From assembly GCA_010093995.1 (NCBI GenBank), contig ML992528.1, positions 1 to 64,000 of the forward strand: a DNA stretch of 64,000 nucleotides, in the 5' to 3' direction. Position numbers and translations under genes: made by a program. The first letter of the stretch is position 1; each line of letters opens with the position of its first letter. The DNA comes from Elsinoe ampelina (Eukaryota). The notes below the pieces were generated by a model. The model ran no database searches. It was not told the DNA's origin and was given only the letters and a program-made list of their open reading frames with translations. Positions 1 through 13,755 of this stretch are shown here, piece after piece.

Positions 1-240
1 AAGCCGTTTAAACTGTTTAATTAAAGGGTTAATACGGGCTACTATAAGTGTTTATCTTAATGTAGCTAGTCCAGAATTTAGTGTAGGCGGCTTAGTAATC
101 CTTTTAATAATGACACGCTTAATTTGCTATAGCTTTAAGTGCTTTTATAGAAGTGCCGGGCTTATAACCTGTTATAACTAGCAAATCGGATCGAGAGACG
201 TGTGTTTTATTCAGAGAGTTACAATAACCGATTTATCTAC
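1..240. repeat. AT-rich, TpA-enriched segment, probably the edge of a RIP-mutated transposon relic
   Basis: Markedly AT-rich with many TA dinucleotides (ttaattaa, actataag, ctatagc, cttataac, gttataacta), unlike the GC-balanced rest of the window. No intact transposon ORF is visible. Confidence 0.5.
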
Positions 241-469
241 TATGCGTGCGCTGACTCATCAGTACCAGTTCTTCAGTACCAGAGAAGCTGTACCAGCCTT
301 CCATTACAACAGTATCTTGATACTCTATACCATTCCCACTATCCAGGGCTACCACGTTCCAGAAACCAGACAAGCATCTCGAAGCTCCACCCAAGCCCCT
401 CTACCTACCAGGCACCGGGTTCTCGCACCAAGCGACAGAGGCAGATCATCTCCCCCTTCCCCCTCTCAA

Positions 470-987
470 CTAAGGCGTACACCCATACCTTCCCCCCTCT
501 GGCCCACAACAGGGATAACCACCATGATCCTTACAAACAATCGTCGTCAACGTATTAAACTTGCTCCACACCCCCCTCGTCCTCATCTTCCCAGCATAGA
601 AATACTCTCTATCAGCATAGGTAAACGCATCGATATCCTTCCCATTCCCGCCCGTCGTGAAGCCCGGACTGAGGTACAGCTGCTTACAATTGACGACCTT
701 ACCGCAGCCGGTAGCGCCACTGCAGGACCAGTTCCTGGGGCCATGAGCAGATGCTAAGTGGGAGACACAGAGGTAGGGACTTACCAGATGTTGCACTTGT
801 TGTCGCATTTTCGTGTCGTGGTGGCGTCCCAGGCGCAGTTGGGGTTGTCGGTGGTGCGCAGCTGCCAGCTGGACTGGTTCTTGACTTTGCCGCAGATGCC
901 GGCGATGCAGCCGTCTGCTGTGGCGTGGGACATGAGGCTTGTCATGGCGACGAGAAAGAGGACGAGGGTTCTGGTGAAGGTCTTCAT
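470..987 (-). CDS. Small secreted cysteine-rich protein (155 aa, 12 Cys), effector candidate
   Basis: Exon 1 is 987-785 with signal-peptide-like MKTFTRTLVLFLVAMTSLMSHATA. A 50-nt intron at 784-735 (GTAAGT...GCTCAT...CCCAG) joins in frame to exon 2, 734-470 (..NIW|NWSCSGATGC..DIDAFTYADREY..GYPCCGPEGGRYGCTP). Confidence 0.85.
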
Positions 988-1940
988 GGTGGTGGTGGTT
1001 TTTGATGGATGGATGCTGGCTTAGTTGCCGGCTGGGTAAGAGATGAGGATGACAAAGGGTTTGGATTCTTGTTCGTCTGGCATGGTGCTGGTAGGAGGTC
1101 GTTGGTCTTTATGGCTCTTCAGGTTGAGATCGATGTTGCACTGCCCCTTTATACTCCGTCCATGTTTCCATTGTTGCTGAAGGTATACCTATACTCAGGA
1201 AGTCCATGTCAATCTAATATGGCATGGTAAGCTGACCTCCCACGGTCCTCGCGAACAAAGTCGATAGTCTCGGCGAGCTCCATGCTGAAAGCGGAGTGCT
1301 CGTAGCGAGGTCACCTATAGAGCCAAAGGTGGAATTTCTTCGCCATCAGATAGTCGAGTCTACATGCTTGACTGGCCGAAGTTACTACCAGGATGACTCG
1401 CTGGTATGGTAATTTTGTATGTTCTTACCCAAGTATAGCCTCAGCCGCACCGGCATTCGGTAGTCCCTCGCCTACGGTAGCGAGATCTTGCACGCCTGGT
1501 TGCGCCATTGTCATGTGTCAAAAATGCTGAAATGACGTGTGGGGACCCGAGATTAGGGTAAGGGGAGGTTCCATGGGTTCGTGGGTTCGTGGGTCGGCGA
1601 TTGGTAGAATCTATTTTCAGCCTTGGAGAATTGTGACTGTTGCCTGCAGGGATGGGAGGCCTGAACTGTCCAGGGGATTTGCTCGGTGTCGACTTTTGAG
1701 AGCTTGACGTGGGCTCACTTTGCTTCAATCGCCATGCTGAAAGGGTCGCTGACGTATGATTTCCTCTCAGACCGCCTCGGCTTGAAACCCAGGCTATGGA
1801 TAGGCGAAATTCTAAAGAGGGACTGGTAGGACTTGTGGTAGGGTTGACAGCGGCCTTTAGTGTCCGGGGCATATTCTAGAACGATAAAGAGGTGTTCAAC
1901 GTGCTTCGAAGAATGTTACATTGACCTGGCGGGGGTGTCA

Positions 1941-4253
1941 CTACTCATCCTCCTCGTCGCTCATGCCCATGTCCAAATCGGGTATCACAAAGCCCTCATC
2001 GTCGCTATCTTCTTCGCCATCAATGACTGGATTGGGAGCGCTGATACTACCATTACCTTGTGACGTTGGGGCGGAAACCACTGCGGTTGCTGTGGTCTCG
2101 ACCGATAAATCCTCGGTCGCGGCATCCGGTCCCTGACTCCTGTCACTCCTGGCTGTCTCCTCAGAAGGTGATTCAGGACCGGTCGCCGTGATTAGACCTG
2201 CATGCTCGACCGCCGGCTCTGGCAAGGCCGTGCGTCGTCTCTTCTCGCCATTCGTCACAGAATTCACCACTTCATCTACGCTCCTCTTCAGGGAGCTCGT
2301 AAGCTGTGCTGCTGCTGCTCTTTCCACTTCTCTTTCTGACAATTGGCTTGACACAGCAGGCATCGAAGCGGAAGCTTCTGCTGGTATCTGGTTTGCTGTG
2401 ACATCGCCTGGTGTTGCAGGGCTTTCGGGTTGGGTTTGTGATCCATTTCGATCGATGACCAAATCTCCATACAGTTGCCTAGGTGTGCTGACTTCCCCTG
2501 AGTGTAGTACTGGTACCCTCGGCTGCAGAATAGCCTTTAGGCTAGCGTCAGACTTTGCCGCGTGTGCTAAGAAAGGAAGCAGACTTGACTCCCTTGAGCC
2601 GTCTTGCTTCACTCGCGGATTGAGTACACTTGCGAGTATTGCATCCTTCTGCTGGATCAGAATGGCAGTCCGGTCCATCTCAGTCCTCACGTCTGCGGAT
2701 ATGTTATCAGCAGAAAGGTGTGTTTGGGCTGCCAGCAGTAGTTCAGACGAAGCCACGCGAAGGCCAGCAGGCAGAAGAACTCGCCGCTGATCACTTTTGC
2801 TTGCTTGCTTCAGTAATCCATCCGCAGAAGCATTCGTTCCAGCATGAGAAATTCGAATTGCGCTGTCAACAGAGCCAACCAGATCTGCACAAGCCGCCTT
2901 GATGATAGGGTACAATTGCTCTGTGACTTCTCTGCTCAAAGTTGATCCTGCAGCTATAAGGATCTTTTGGGCAGTCCGATAACATGCAAGCCTGACATCA
3001 AGTTGAGGATGTTCTGCTTGAAAGACCCATCGGAGCAAGGGGATCCATGATTGTGCAAGGTAAGCGTTTGAGTTTGGGAATCTTGCGAGTATGCCTTGCA
3101 GCAGCTGCAAAGCCGCGGTGTGAAGTTCTGGCAAGACAGCGACGCATGCGTCTCGTTCGTCTCTCGTGACATCGACGGCAAATCTGACAGCAGGTCCATC
3201 AGCTGGGACGCTATTGACCATGGTACAAATTCTCTGGATGACAGAGTTGACGAGATGCATCTTGAATGTTATCGGTCCGGTACTATCGCTGAGAATGTGA
3301 TGCAAAACTTTCTCAAGAGTGTATACCACAGTTTGAGCATTCGTCTGTATGGCCGCGACTCGTCGATCGGATGGCTGTGTGTGAAAATATTTGACGACCT
3401 CAGCTTTTGCTGCAGAAAGTGCAGAATCCAGATCTTCCTCCACGCCAGACAGCACCGCATTCAAGAAGCGGTGCGAATCTTCGACAAGCGAGCTGATCTC
3501 GTTTTCCCATGATGTCGCATATCCCTGCTTGGGTTCGCATTGATGCAGTGCAGCTGAAAGGCGAGCAGCTGTATCACGGGTTGAAGGGTGCAAAACCTTG
3601 CCCGGAATGCTGGCCTGGACATCTGTTGATCCAGTCTCATTCCTCAAAACATTTCCAATGTCCCTTACGTGAGTTCGAAATGTGGTGTGGTGGTGGGACA
3701 CGAGGCAGATGAGGCTCTCCAGGACTATTCTGAGCTCGCTCTCATCTCTGGTGGGCGCTGTGATATTGCCGAGGCATGTCTTGATAAAAGGAGACAGCGA
3801 AGGCGTCGTTATCTCACGGACTAGAGAAGGATATGGCCAAGTTAGAACAAAGATTCGGGTCAATGTCGTGATGTACAATGCTCTCGTGCTTGGAGGATCC
3901 GGCTTGCGAAGGTTACTCAAGAGGCCAGATACCCAATGCTTCGACTTTGAGAGCGACTCATACCCTCCAGCCTCAACGGTCGCTTTGATCAAGACTGCAG
4001 CTGACCATCTTTCCTCCACGGTCCGGCCTTGATTCAGTGCTGCAATCTGAGTGTAGAAGCGGTGCACAACTAGACCTGCTTCTCCAGCTGATTGACTGTT
4101 GGCTCGAGGAATAGAGAGCAGCTCACCGCAGTCCCGAATCGTTTGGATCTGTGATGCGACGACGTGCGGCAGATGAACCGCTTTCGTGGATGAGAGGCGG
4201 AATGATATGAACCGAAGGTTGGCGACTCCAGGCGCATCTCTTGCTGGCGCCAT
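1941..4253 (-). CDS. RIX1: Pre-rRNA-processing protein Rix1 (RIX1 domain, acidic tail)
   Basis: Long ORF from ATG at 4253 (MAPARD..). It carries RWSAAVLIKATVEAGG..W..LL..L.KPDP..TLTRIF..LVREITTPSL and the later R.EMDRTAIL motif, and ends in an acidic C-terminus. Confidence 0.85.
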   Translation of the reverse strand: MAPARDAPGVANLRFISFRLSSTKAVHLPHVVASQIQTIRDCGELLSIPRANSQSAGEAGLVVHRFYTQIAALNQGRTVEERWSAAVLIKATVEAGGYESLSKSKHWVSGLLSNLRKPDPPSTRALYITTLTRIFVLTWPYPSLVREITTPSLSPFIKTCLGNITAPTRDESELRIVLESLICLVSHHHTTFRTHVRDIGNVLRNETGSTDVQASIPGKVLHPSTRDTAARLSAALHQCEPKQGYATSWENEISSLVEDSHRFLNAVLSGVEEDLDSALSAAKAEVVKYFHTQPSDRRVAAIQTNAQTVVYTLEKVLHHILSDSTGPITFKMHLVNSVIQRICTMVNSVPADGPAVRFAVDVTRDERDACVAVLPELHTAALQLLQGILARFPNSNAYLAQSWIPLLRWVFQAEHPQLDVRLACYRTAQKILIAAGSTLSREVTEQLYPIIKAACADLVGSVDSAIRISHAGTNASADGLLKQASKSDQRRVLLPAGLRVASSELLLAAQTHLSADNISADVRTEMDRTAILIQQKDAILASVLNPRVKQDGSRESSLLPFLAHAAKSDASLKAILQPRVPVLHSGEVSTPRQLYGDLVIDRNGSQTQPESPATPGDVTANQIPAEASASMPAVSSQLSEREVERAAAAQLTSSLKRSVDEVVNSVTNGEKRRRTALPEPAVEHAGLITATGPESPSEETARSDRSQGPDAATEDLSVETTATAVVSAPTSQGNGSISAPNPVIDGEEDSDDEGFVIPDLDMGMSDEEDE

Positions 4254-4608
4254 TTTGAGCTCCTTCCTTCGAATATCTACAGGCTTACACTGAAGCCGTA
4301 TAGTCTTCCCAGTACCATCGACTTGCAAGTATCTTCGATGAACGCAGATGTGAATTCTACCATCTCCATCAAAATTTCTGATCGGCGGAAAACTTTACGG
4401 TTGCCCAGATCGTCATCTCAGCACTTCGTCATACCTAATGTCAACCTCGACGAACTCCAACGGGGTCTGCCTTTCATTGCTCAGTCTGTGCACTTGCATC
4501 TGTCTGCCCGACCACCCGGCAAGCTCTCTCAAGCTGCGCGATCTTCGAAAACGCCATGCGCCGACAATCACATCGGTAGTAACGATGACTGTAGGGTGAC
4601 CACTGCCC

Positions 4609-7600
4609 ATGAATCTGCTTGCTTCTGACACCGAGCAGACCCGACAAACTGACAAGGCGACTCGATACATCGATCAATTGAATGTTGCTCGACTCAATGG
4701 CGCCTGGGGTGAGGTCAGGGAGCTGATCAGGAAGGTACAGAAGCATGCGCCGTCACGTCACTGTAATCACGACCTCTGATCTCAGGGTACTGTACCGCTG
4801 ACCACTTGGTGCAGGCCTCGTCCTAACAGCAACGACCGAAGCTGAGCTCAGTGATGACAACATCCCGAGACCAATCTCGACTGGCAGTCAACAAACAAAC
4901 AAACATTCAGGCGCGATCGAAAAGTTGTCCCAAGCAGTACAAGCAGATCAGACTCATGCGCAAGATGTGTTTGGTGCGCGCGTTTGCTTGGCGCATGCGC
5001 AATGGTTGCAAGGTCAATGGTCAGAAGTGGTACAAACCCTGGCTCAAGAGAACTGGTCAGCAGCGCAACAAGGAAGCTTGACGCCAATCCTGTTGTACAC
5101 TCTCCTCAAGGGGAAGTACGTACTGGGAAATGCCTACGAGAAGAATGGCGCGAATGCCGAAGCAGAGAAGATCTATGAATCTGCCATCCCGATAATTGCT
5201 CGTTTACAGCAAACGGTACTGGAACATCATGAAGCTCATCGGTGGGCCTCGCGGGTACTTGGAGAACTGTGTGCCCTAGAACTACCTGGACAGGATAAGC
5301 AGACGTTGGAATCTATGAATCGAGCATTGGTACGGTACAGAAGCTGGTCTGTTGTTGGAAGGGATGCGCCTCTCGAGAGAAACAAGACACAATCTTCTAG
5401 TCGGATCTGGCGAGCATATCATACTCTACTTGCAGATGTCTTTAGGAGCAACTTAATATACACCGGGTCAGAAAAACAGCCGCTGGCCGTGTCGACTGGA
5501 GGTTTGTCAAGGTTCACGCGCTCAGAGCAGAGGAAGAAACAATTTGCTGAGCTTATATCGGCTGCAAAAGGGTATGAGGCAGCTCTGATGAAGGAGACGG
5601 AGTTCCCCGCGGCCAGCGAGACCAACGAGGCATTCGAAAGATTCGCGGACGAGGTCGTGGCGACCTGGCGCATCGCCATGAGCTCAGAATGGAGCAAGGC
5701 AGATCTGGAACACCCAGGCAAGCTTGGATGCACGAGAAGCGTGTTGGAATTCCTGTATCGTGCAGCCTCGAGGACTTTTCATTCGACACCAATCTTACGG
5801 CACTTGATCACTGTGCATGCCAGTCTTGCGGAGTTCGACCTGGCAACGAAAGCGCTGGACTCCTACATTGAGATCATTAGCAAGGGGAAAGCACGCGCAG
5901 AGAAGACGGGAAAGCATGAGCTCGGACTCGACAATGATGACATTGTACTCTACACCGTCTCAGAAGCTATCAAGTTCTTATGTTTGTATGGAGACAGCAA
6001 ACATGCGTTGAAAGCGTATGAGCTGGGCCAAACAGTATCTTCCTGGTTGCACCAAAAAAGACCAAGATCTTCTTCTGTGGGCTCAAAGGACTACGACCCT
6101 AGTCTGACATCCGAGAAAGTCGAAGCAGAGCAATTTTCCACACAGTCGGCTCTGGCTGCTGCATACAAGGGCATTGGCCAGAGCAAGGCTACTTGGGCTC
6201 GATACGTTCAGGAGACCAAGCTGCGAGGCGATCTGCAAGACGAAGCTGATAGAAGTCTTGTACGTAGTCTGCATCTTGCTGGACAATCTGATCCGGACTT
6301 GGAGATTGCATATCTCCTTGCTTACTCCCAAGCCGAGCGACGCAGTATCGCAGATGCCATGGAAACCGTTACCACAGCCCTGTCACAAGACAAGAAACGA
6401 ATAGGCAGCTCTCTTTCACAGAGTCCAGCAGAGGTCGCTTTCGAGGCGCAGAGGAGACGCCTTCCACTTCTGCATCTTCTCGTGCTTTTGTTGAGCGCAA
6501 ACAACCAGTACGACACAGCGGTCACCGTCTGTGAGACAGCACTTGAAGAGACGATTGATGCCGCTAGAGCTTGCGAGCGTGTCATCAATGGCCAGGCTGA
6601 AGGTGATGATGAGGACTACTCGTACGCGGAACTCCCTTCATACCTTGCGGAAAATCTGCTAGACACCGAGAAAGAATGTCTCATTCAATTGAAGATCTCC
6701 GAAATGGAATTGCTGAATTTGATCGAAAACGTCGCTTACGCAGCGAGTAAGCGACAGGAGCTGCTGAAGATGTACGAGCAGTTGTTTGGCAATCCACGAT
6801 CGAAATCGGCTGCTCCCACTACGGATGCAAATACAATATCATCCATGCCCAAATCAAGACCTGGCACAGTCAAGTCATTCCGGGAGTCAATATTTGGTCG
6901 ACCAAAATCGAGTCGTAGAAGTCTGGACAAGAACACATTCGACGTACCACCACCAGTCCCGGACCATCCTCTTCTGGCCAAGAGCAACGAGAAAGCAGAT
7001 ACCAGTACACAGCCCGATCCTCCGATCCTGCTGAAAGTCACGAACGAGGATGGTGAGCAAGTAGAAGACGAGTCGAGAAGCAAGCTGGGTCGCATATCGC
7101 TTAGTATCCGACGTGGTCGGCAACGTCATTCTCACGACGTCGCAAAACTGAAAGAAGAGCAAGATCAGTCAGCAAAAAGATCGGCAAGCGACCCACCACC
7201 TAGTGGGTTTCTGAATGGAACACCACCAAAGTCAAGGAAAGACAAGTCGCGGAGTAGAGAACGAAGGGCAAGTAAAGGGTCCCCCAAGATCGCCAACACG
7301 GCCACTGGCCAGCAAAGTGTGCTCACCAACGGTATAACCGAAAAGGATGAGAGCAAGGCGATTCCGGCACCGGAGTTGCGAATATTGGACCACGACGAGC
7401 GCAGTCGGAAAAACCCAGCACCGTTCCTCACGTCTCATCGGCGACAAGTGCACCATGTCTCGGTACTAGTAGATATCTGGCTTTTCATCTCTGTGCTGTT
7501 CACCAAAGAAGATTTATACGACGAAGCCAAGGCGGCGGTACAAGAAGCACATCAACTGATTGAGCTTCTGAAGACAATACAAGCAGGTGTTGAATCAAGC

Positions 7601-8257
7601 GCCAGAGCTTGGCAACATCGTGGTTGGGGTCTAGGTCGGAGTATCAGCCGCTTGACAGCTGATGCATGCGCAGAGGTCAGTCGTATGTTTTCGCAAGTAG
7701 TCCTGGCTAACGTCTCCCAGCGTGGTCGTATCGATACCCTAATGTCGGCACCGCACAGCGCTCTTGACTTCTTTGAACGAGGTCTCTCCTTCGAGACGGA
7801 TCACTCTGCCACTATCACTTTCATGTCCAGCATACTCCTCGACATCTATGAAGAGATTATTGCTCAGGAACCACCGTCGTCTCGGGATTTGGTCGCAATT
7901 GCTTCATCAGCCTCTTCTATGGACATGGACAACACCTTGGTACCCAAGATCAAGACCTCACAATCTGTGTCCGATGTGGAACAGAACGCCAATCAAGCTC
8001 CTCGACGTCCCAAAACAACTGATCCTTCACCTGAAGAGCTGAACCGCATTGCGGCAAGAGATCGAGCGTACATGCTGCTTTCATCCCTCACCAAGCTAGG
8101 TGAAGGATGGGACAATGCCGAGGCCTGGTTTCATCTCAGCAGAGCACATGAATTGATGGGACAGACGCAGAAGGCTGAGAACTGTCTCTGGTGGGTCGTC
8201 CAGCTGGAAGACGCCAGACCAGTACGGCCGTGGCGGGTTGCTGGGATAATGCAGTAA
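4609..8257 (+). CDS. YPP1: TPR-type cargo-transport / PI4K scaffold protein (Ypp1 / filamentation protein Rhf1-like)
   Basis: ATG at 4609 gives ..DKATRYIDQLNVARLNGAWGEVRELIRKVQKHAP.., then an intron at ~4763-4814 and a probable second one at ~7677-7720. Motifs LYRAASRTFHSTPILRHL and C-terminal RDRAYMLLSSLTKLGEGWDNAEAWF..LEDARPVRPW. Confidence 0.8.
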
Positions 8258-8534
8258 GGTCGAAGGTCACGACACGGTCAGGATGCACGCGCGCAGCGAT
8301 TGAATGTCTTTATTGTACAGCAGATCCGGATTACGACCTGTGTGTATAGCCTGCAAATCTAACCTTCATGATCACATTCCTCCACACTCATGGTCTTCTC
8401 TCTGGTAAGCTCTCTGATAATGGCTGATCTGCGGCGGTGTATGTTGGGTCGAGATGAGGGGTAAGGTGGGTCACACGGGTTAGTGCCGATCACCTACAGC
8501 CATCTTCACTCTCGAGCTTGTTGTCTGGTCCTGA

Positions 8535-10562
<2,028 letters not shown>

Positions 10563-10778
10563 GGTTGGAGGTGAGGGGAGGGGATACTTTGGGAAGAGAG
10601 AGGGGGCGTAATAGCAGATCGGTATTGAGGGCGAGGTTTGAGGGGCGTCAAAACGACCTGAGGAGCAGTGTAGGAGATTGCAGGGTGACATGCTTCGTCA
10701 CGTACAAGCTTCGAGGACCGTTCGGACCGTGACACAAACTACCACAGGCTGATTGCAATTCAAACCTTCTCTATCCCA

Positions 10779-11047
10779 GGTGGTGCAATGTTCGGCCATG
10801 ACTCTCGCATTATCAGTCGATCAGCCCTTTGCCACAGGAAGTAAAGTATCAGATTTGTCGTCGTTGCAGCGCAATCCTAGCTCCCAGCTCGCTGACCGTC
10901 AGTCTGCAGAGTCTTGGCAGGATGGTGTCTTACTTGGTAGCATTTACATCAAGCCGCCGACATGGACGCAAGAGAGCGATTGTATACAGCGCGATAATAT
11001 TTCACTTCAGCGCCCTTTTCAATCATCGTAGCTATCAATCACTGGGC
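10779..11047 (+). pseudogene. Degenerate duplicate of the 5' part of the adjacent sugar transporter
   Basis: Translates as GGAMFGHDSRII and SSLTVSLQSLG..RRHGRKRAIV, against GGFLFGYDSDII and SSLAVSLQNLG..RRYGRKKAIV in the intact gene. The intron sequence CCTTTGCCACA is shared (10826-10836 vs 11905-11915). Deletions are present and there is no start context. Confidence 0.7.
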
Positions 11048-11722
11048 ATGGTCACAGTCATCATGCATAGTCCGTTTGATCTTGAGAGTGGAAGGATTTG
11101 CTCGCGTGGCCGAAACAGTCAGATGCTAATGTCAACCTAAGAATATAACCATTAATTCCCACCCAATCAGGGGGGGTATCCCTTTTGGTAAAGTGGGTCA
11201 TTTTAGGCCCATTTTTCCAAGCTGACAGCTAAAAGGAAACACGTGATGAGGTCTTGGCAACATTCGCTGGAGGCTCAACCTCAATGAGCTATCTGTCATC
11301 GTGATTTCAGACGAGTAGGTCTCATTTCCACGGAGTTGTAGGTGTAGCAAAGCTGGCACACTCACCGAGAAAGCACTGCAGAGGACAACTTGATCGCCAT
11401 CCTCGGCCTGCAAACCAATCTACCATTGTTCGACCATATCTCTTCCTTGCAACGGCTGGAAACCAATACGCAGTCCATAGAACGGTTTCGTACTACCAGA
11501 AGCTCCTCCACTTCTACTCCCAATCAATTTCCCCTCAATCAAGCTCCGACGGCACGTATGCCGATCACTTCAATCACACCATACGCACTATACAGCTTTC
11601 GGTCGCGGGATGACAGATCCTACCCTCTGACACGACCGGACAGTCTGCAATGGTGATCCCTGCTTACGCTTGAGCGACTCTGCGTAACCTCGTGGCGGCT
11701 ATTTCATGCCAGCACGCCCGCC

Positions 11723-13492
11723 ATGACTGATCCAGACTCCGACACTGACTGCGCGACTGAGCCTCTTCTTGACAGCGACGACAACATGGCTAAGACGGAC
11801 GAGCTCACGACGCAGGGAAAACTGAGAGCATACTACCTCGGCGCTGTGGTCTGCATTGGCGGCTTCTTGTTCGGCTACGACTCCGACATCATCGGTCAGT
11901 CAAGCCTTTGCCACAAAGCTTGTCGACGCCAGATCCGACTGACCATGCACAGGTGGAGTCTTGACCTTGTCGTCATTCCAGCGCGACTTCCGCTACTCAG
12001 CGAAGCAAAACACCATAGTCAGCTCGTTGGCCGTCAGCCTGCAGAACCTCGGCGCTTTCGTGTCCTGCTTCGTCGTCTTCCCTCTCACACGCAGATATGG
12101 CCGCAAGAAAGCAATCGTCTGCAGCTCGCTGTTATTCTGCATCGGAGCGCTCATGCAGACAATCGACCACCACTCCCTGACCGTCTTCTACATCTTCAGA
12201 GTCATCGCAGGCCTCGGCCTCGGAGCCTCCTCAGTCATCGTCCCCATGTACTCCTCCGAAATGGTCCCCAAACAACTCCGCGGCCAAATCGGCTCATTCT
12301 ACCAACTCATGTTCACGTACGCCCCCTTCCCCTCCCCCTCTCCCTCCCCCTCCCCTCCCCCCTGTACCTACCACTAACCCCTCCCAGCGCCGGCATCTTC
12401 CTCTCCTACTGGGTCAACTACGGCGTCTCCAAAGATCTCCGCTCCTCCACAGCCCGCCAATGGCAAATCCCCGTCGGCCTCCAACTCCTCCCCGCCGGCA
12501 TCCTCGGCCTCGGTGTCCTCACCCTCCGCGAATCCACCCGCTGGCTCACCCTCCAAGGCCGGCACGACGAAGCATGGGCCTCGCTGGTCTGGATCCGCGC
12601 CGACTCCGGCCCCTCTGTCGCGGCTGAGATGGACGAGATTCGCACGGGGGTGCTCCTGGAGCAGCGCGCGACGGAGGGGTTCCGCGTGTCCGAACTCGTC
12701 ACTGTGCCGGCGAACCTGAAGCGGGTGAGCCTGGCGTTTTTGGTGTTTACGGCGCAGCAGGCGACGGGAGCGACGGCTTTTGCGTATTACTCCCCGCAGT
12801 ACTTCGCCCTCATCGTCGGCAAGGGGAACGACCGCGCCCTCCTCCTCAGCGGCATCTTTGGCGCTGTCAAAGTGGTGGCGTGCGGGTTGTTTATCATCTT
12901 CGTCGCGGAACGGGTGCCTCGCAAGGCGATCCTGACTGGTGGAGCGGTGTTCATGGCTGCCACCCAGTTTGTCACGGCGGCGGTGCTCAAGACGCATCCT
13001 GCGCCTGGCGGGGGCAAGGTTACGAGTAGTGGTATCGCGACGGTGGCGATGATCTACTTGTTTGTGGTTGCGTATAATTTCTCCTGGGGACCGTTGTGTT
13101 GGCCGTATGTCAGTGAGATTTTCTCGGCCAGGATAAGGGAGCCGGGGGTTGCGGTGGGGGTTAGTGCGCAGTGGTGAGTTCCTCCTTCCTTTTTCTTCTA
13201 TCCCGTGGCATACCCACTTCTGGCGGGTGTTTGATGTATACTGATGGATCGTAGGCTCTTCTCTTTTGTCTTCACGTTGGTCACGCCGTATATGATTCAG
13301 GATCTCGGATGGGGGACGTTTTTGTTCTGGGGTATCGCGGATCTGGTCATTGCCGTTGGGGCGCGGTTGATTTTGATCGAGACGAGGGGGAGGAGTCTGG
13401 AGGATATCAGTGGAACAGTGGTGGATGAGGTGGATGGGAAACTGAGTGATGATGAAATTGAGGGAAGCGGAGAAAGGACTAAAAGGTCATGA
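11723..13492 (+). CDS. MFS sugar porter family transporter (quinate permease-like)
   Basis: Motifs GGFLFGYDS, YGRK, QQATG, FSWGP..WPYVSEIF and ETRGRSLE. Three introns (~11895-11951, ~12317-12388, ~13174-13254) explain the frame changes. Confidence 0.9.
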
Positions 13493-13755
13493 GCCCATCT
13501 GAAAGTGTAGCAAGGTCTAGTCTCGATGCGGAGGACTACGCCGTCGCTGTTGAGTACGAGGCTGGATGCAGAAGGCTGGAGGCAGGTGCTACGGTCTCAT
13601 GAAAGGCCAATTCATCGGTAGTCGTTGGTCAGATAGTGGAGAACAAGGTCTCTATTGGGTATCATGTTTGAGATCTGTAAGGCCAGCCCATATCATGACG
13701 TTGAGCGGAACAGCCGCATCACCTTCTTACCTAAAGATACCATTCTCCCAGCATG

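Noticed and set aside
200..757. 185-aa plus-strand ORF
   Set aside because: GTG start, low complexity, and antisense to the better-supported secreted-protein exon.
1441..1872. 143-aa minus-strand ORF
   Set aside because: No recognisable motif; probably the 3' region of RIX1 or intergenic DNA.
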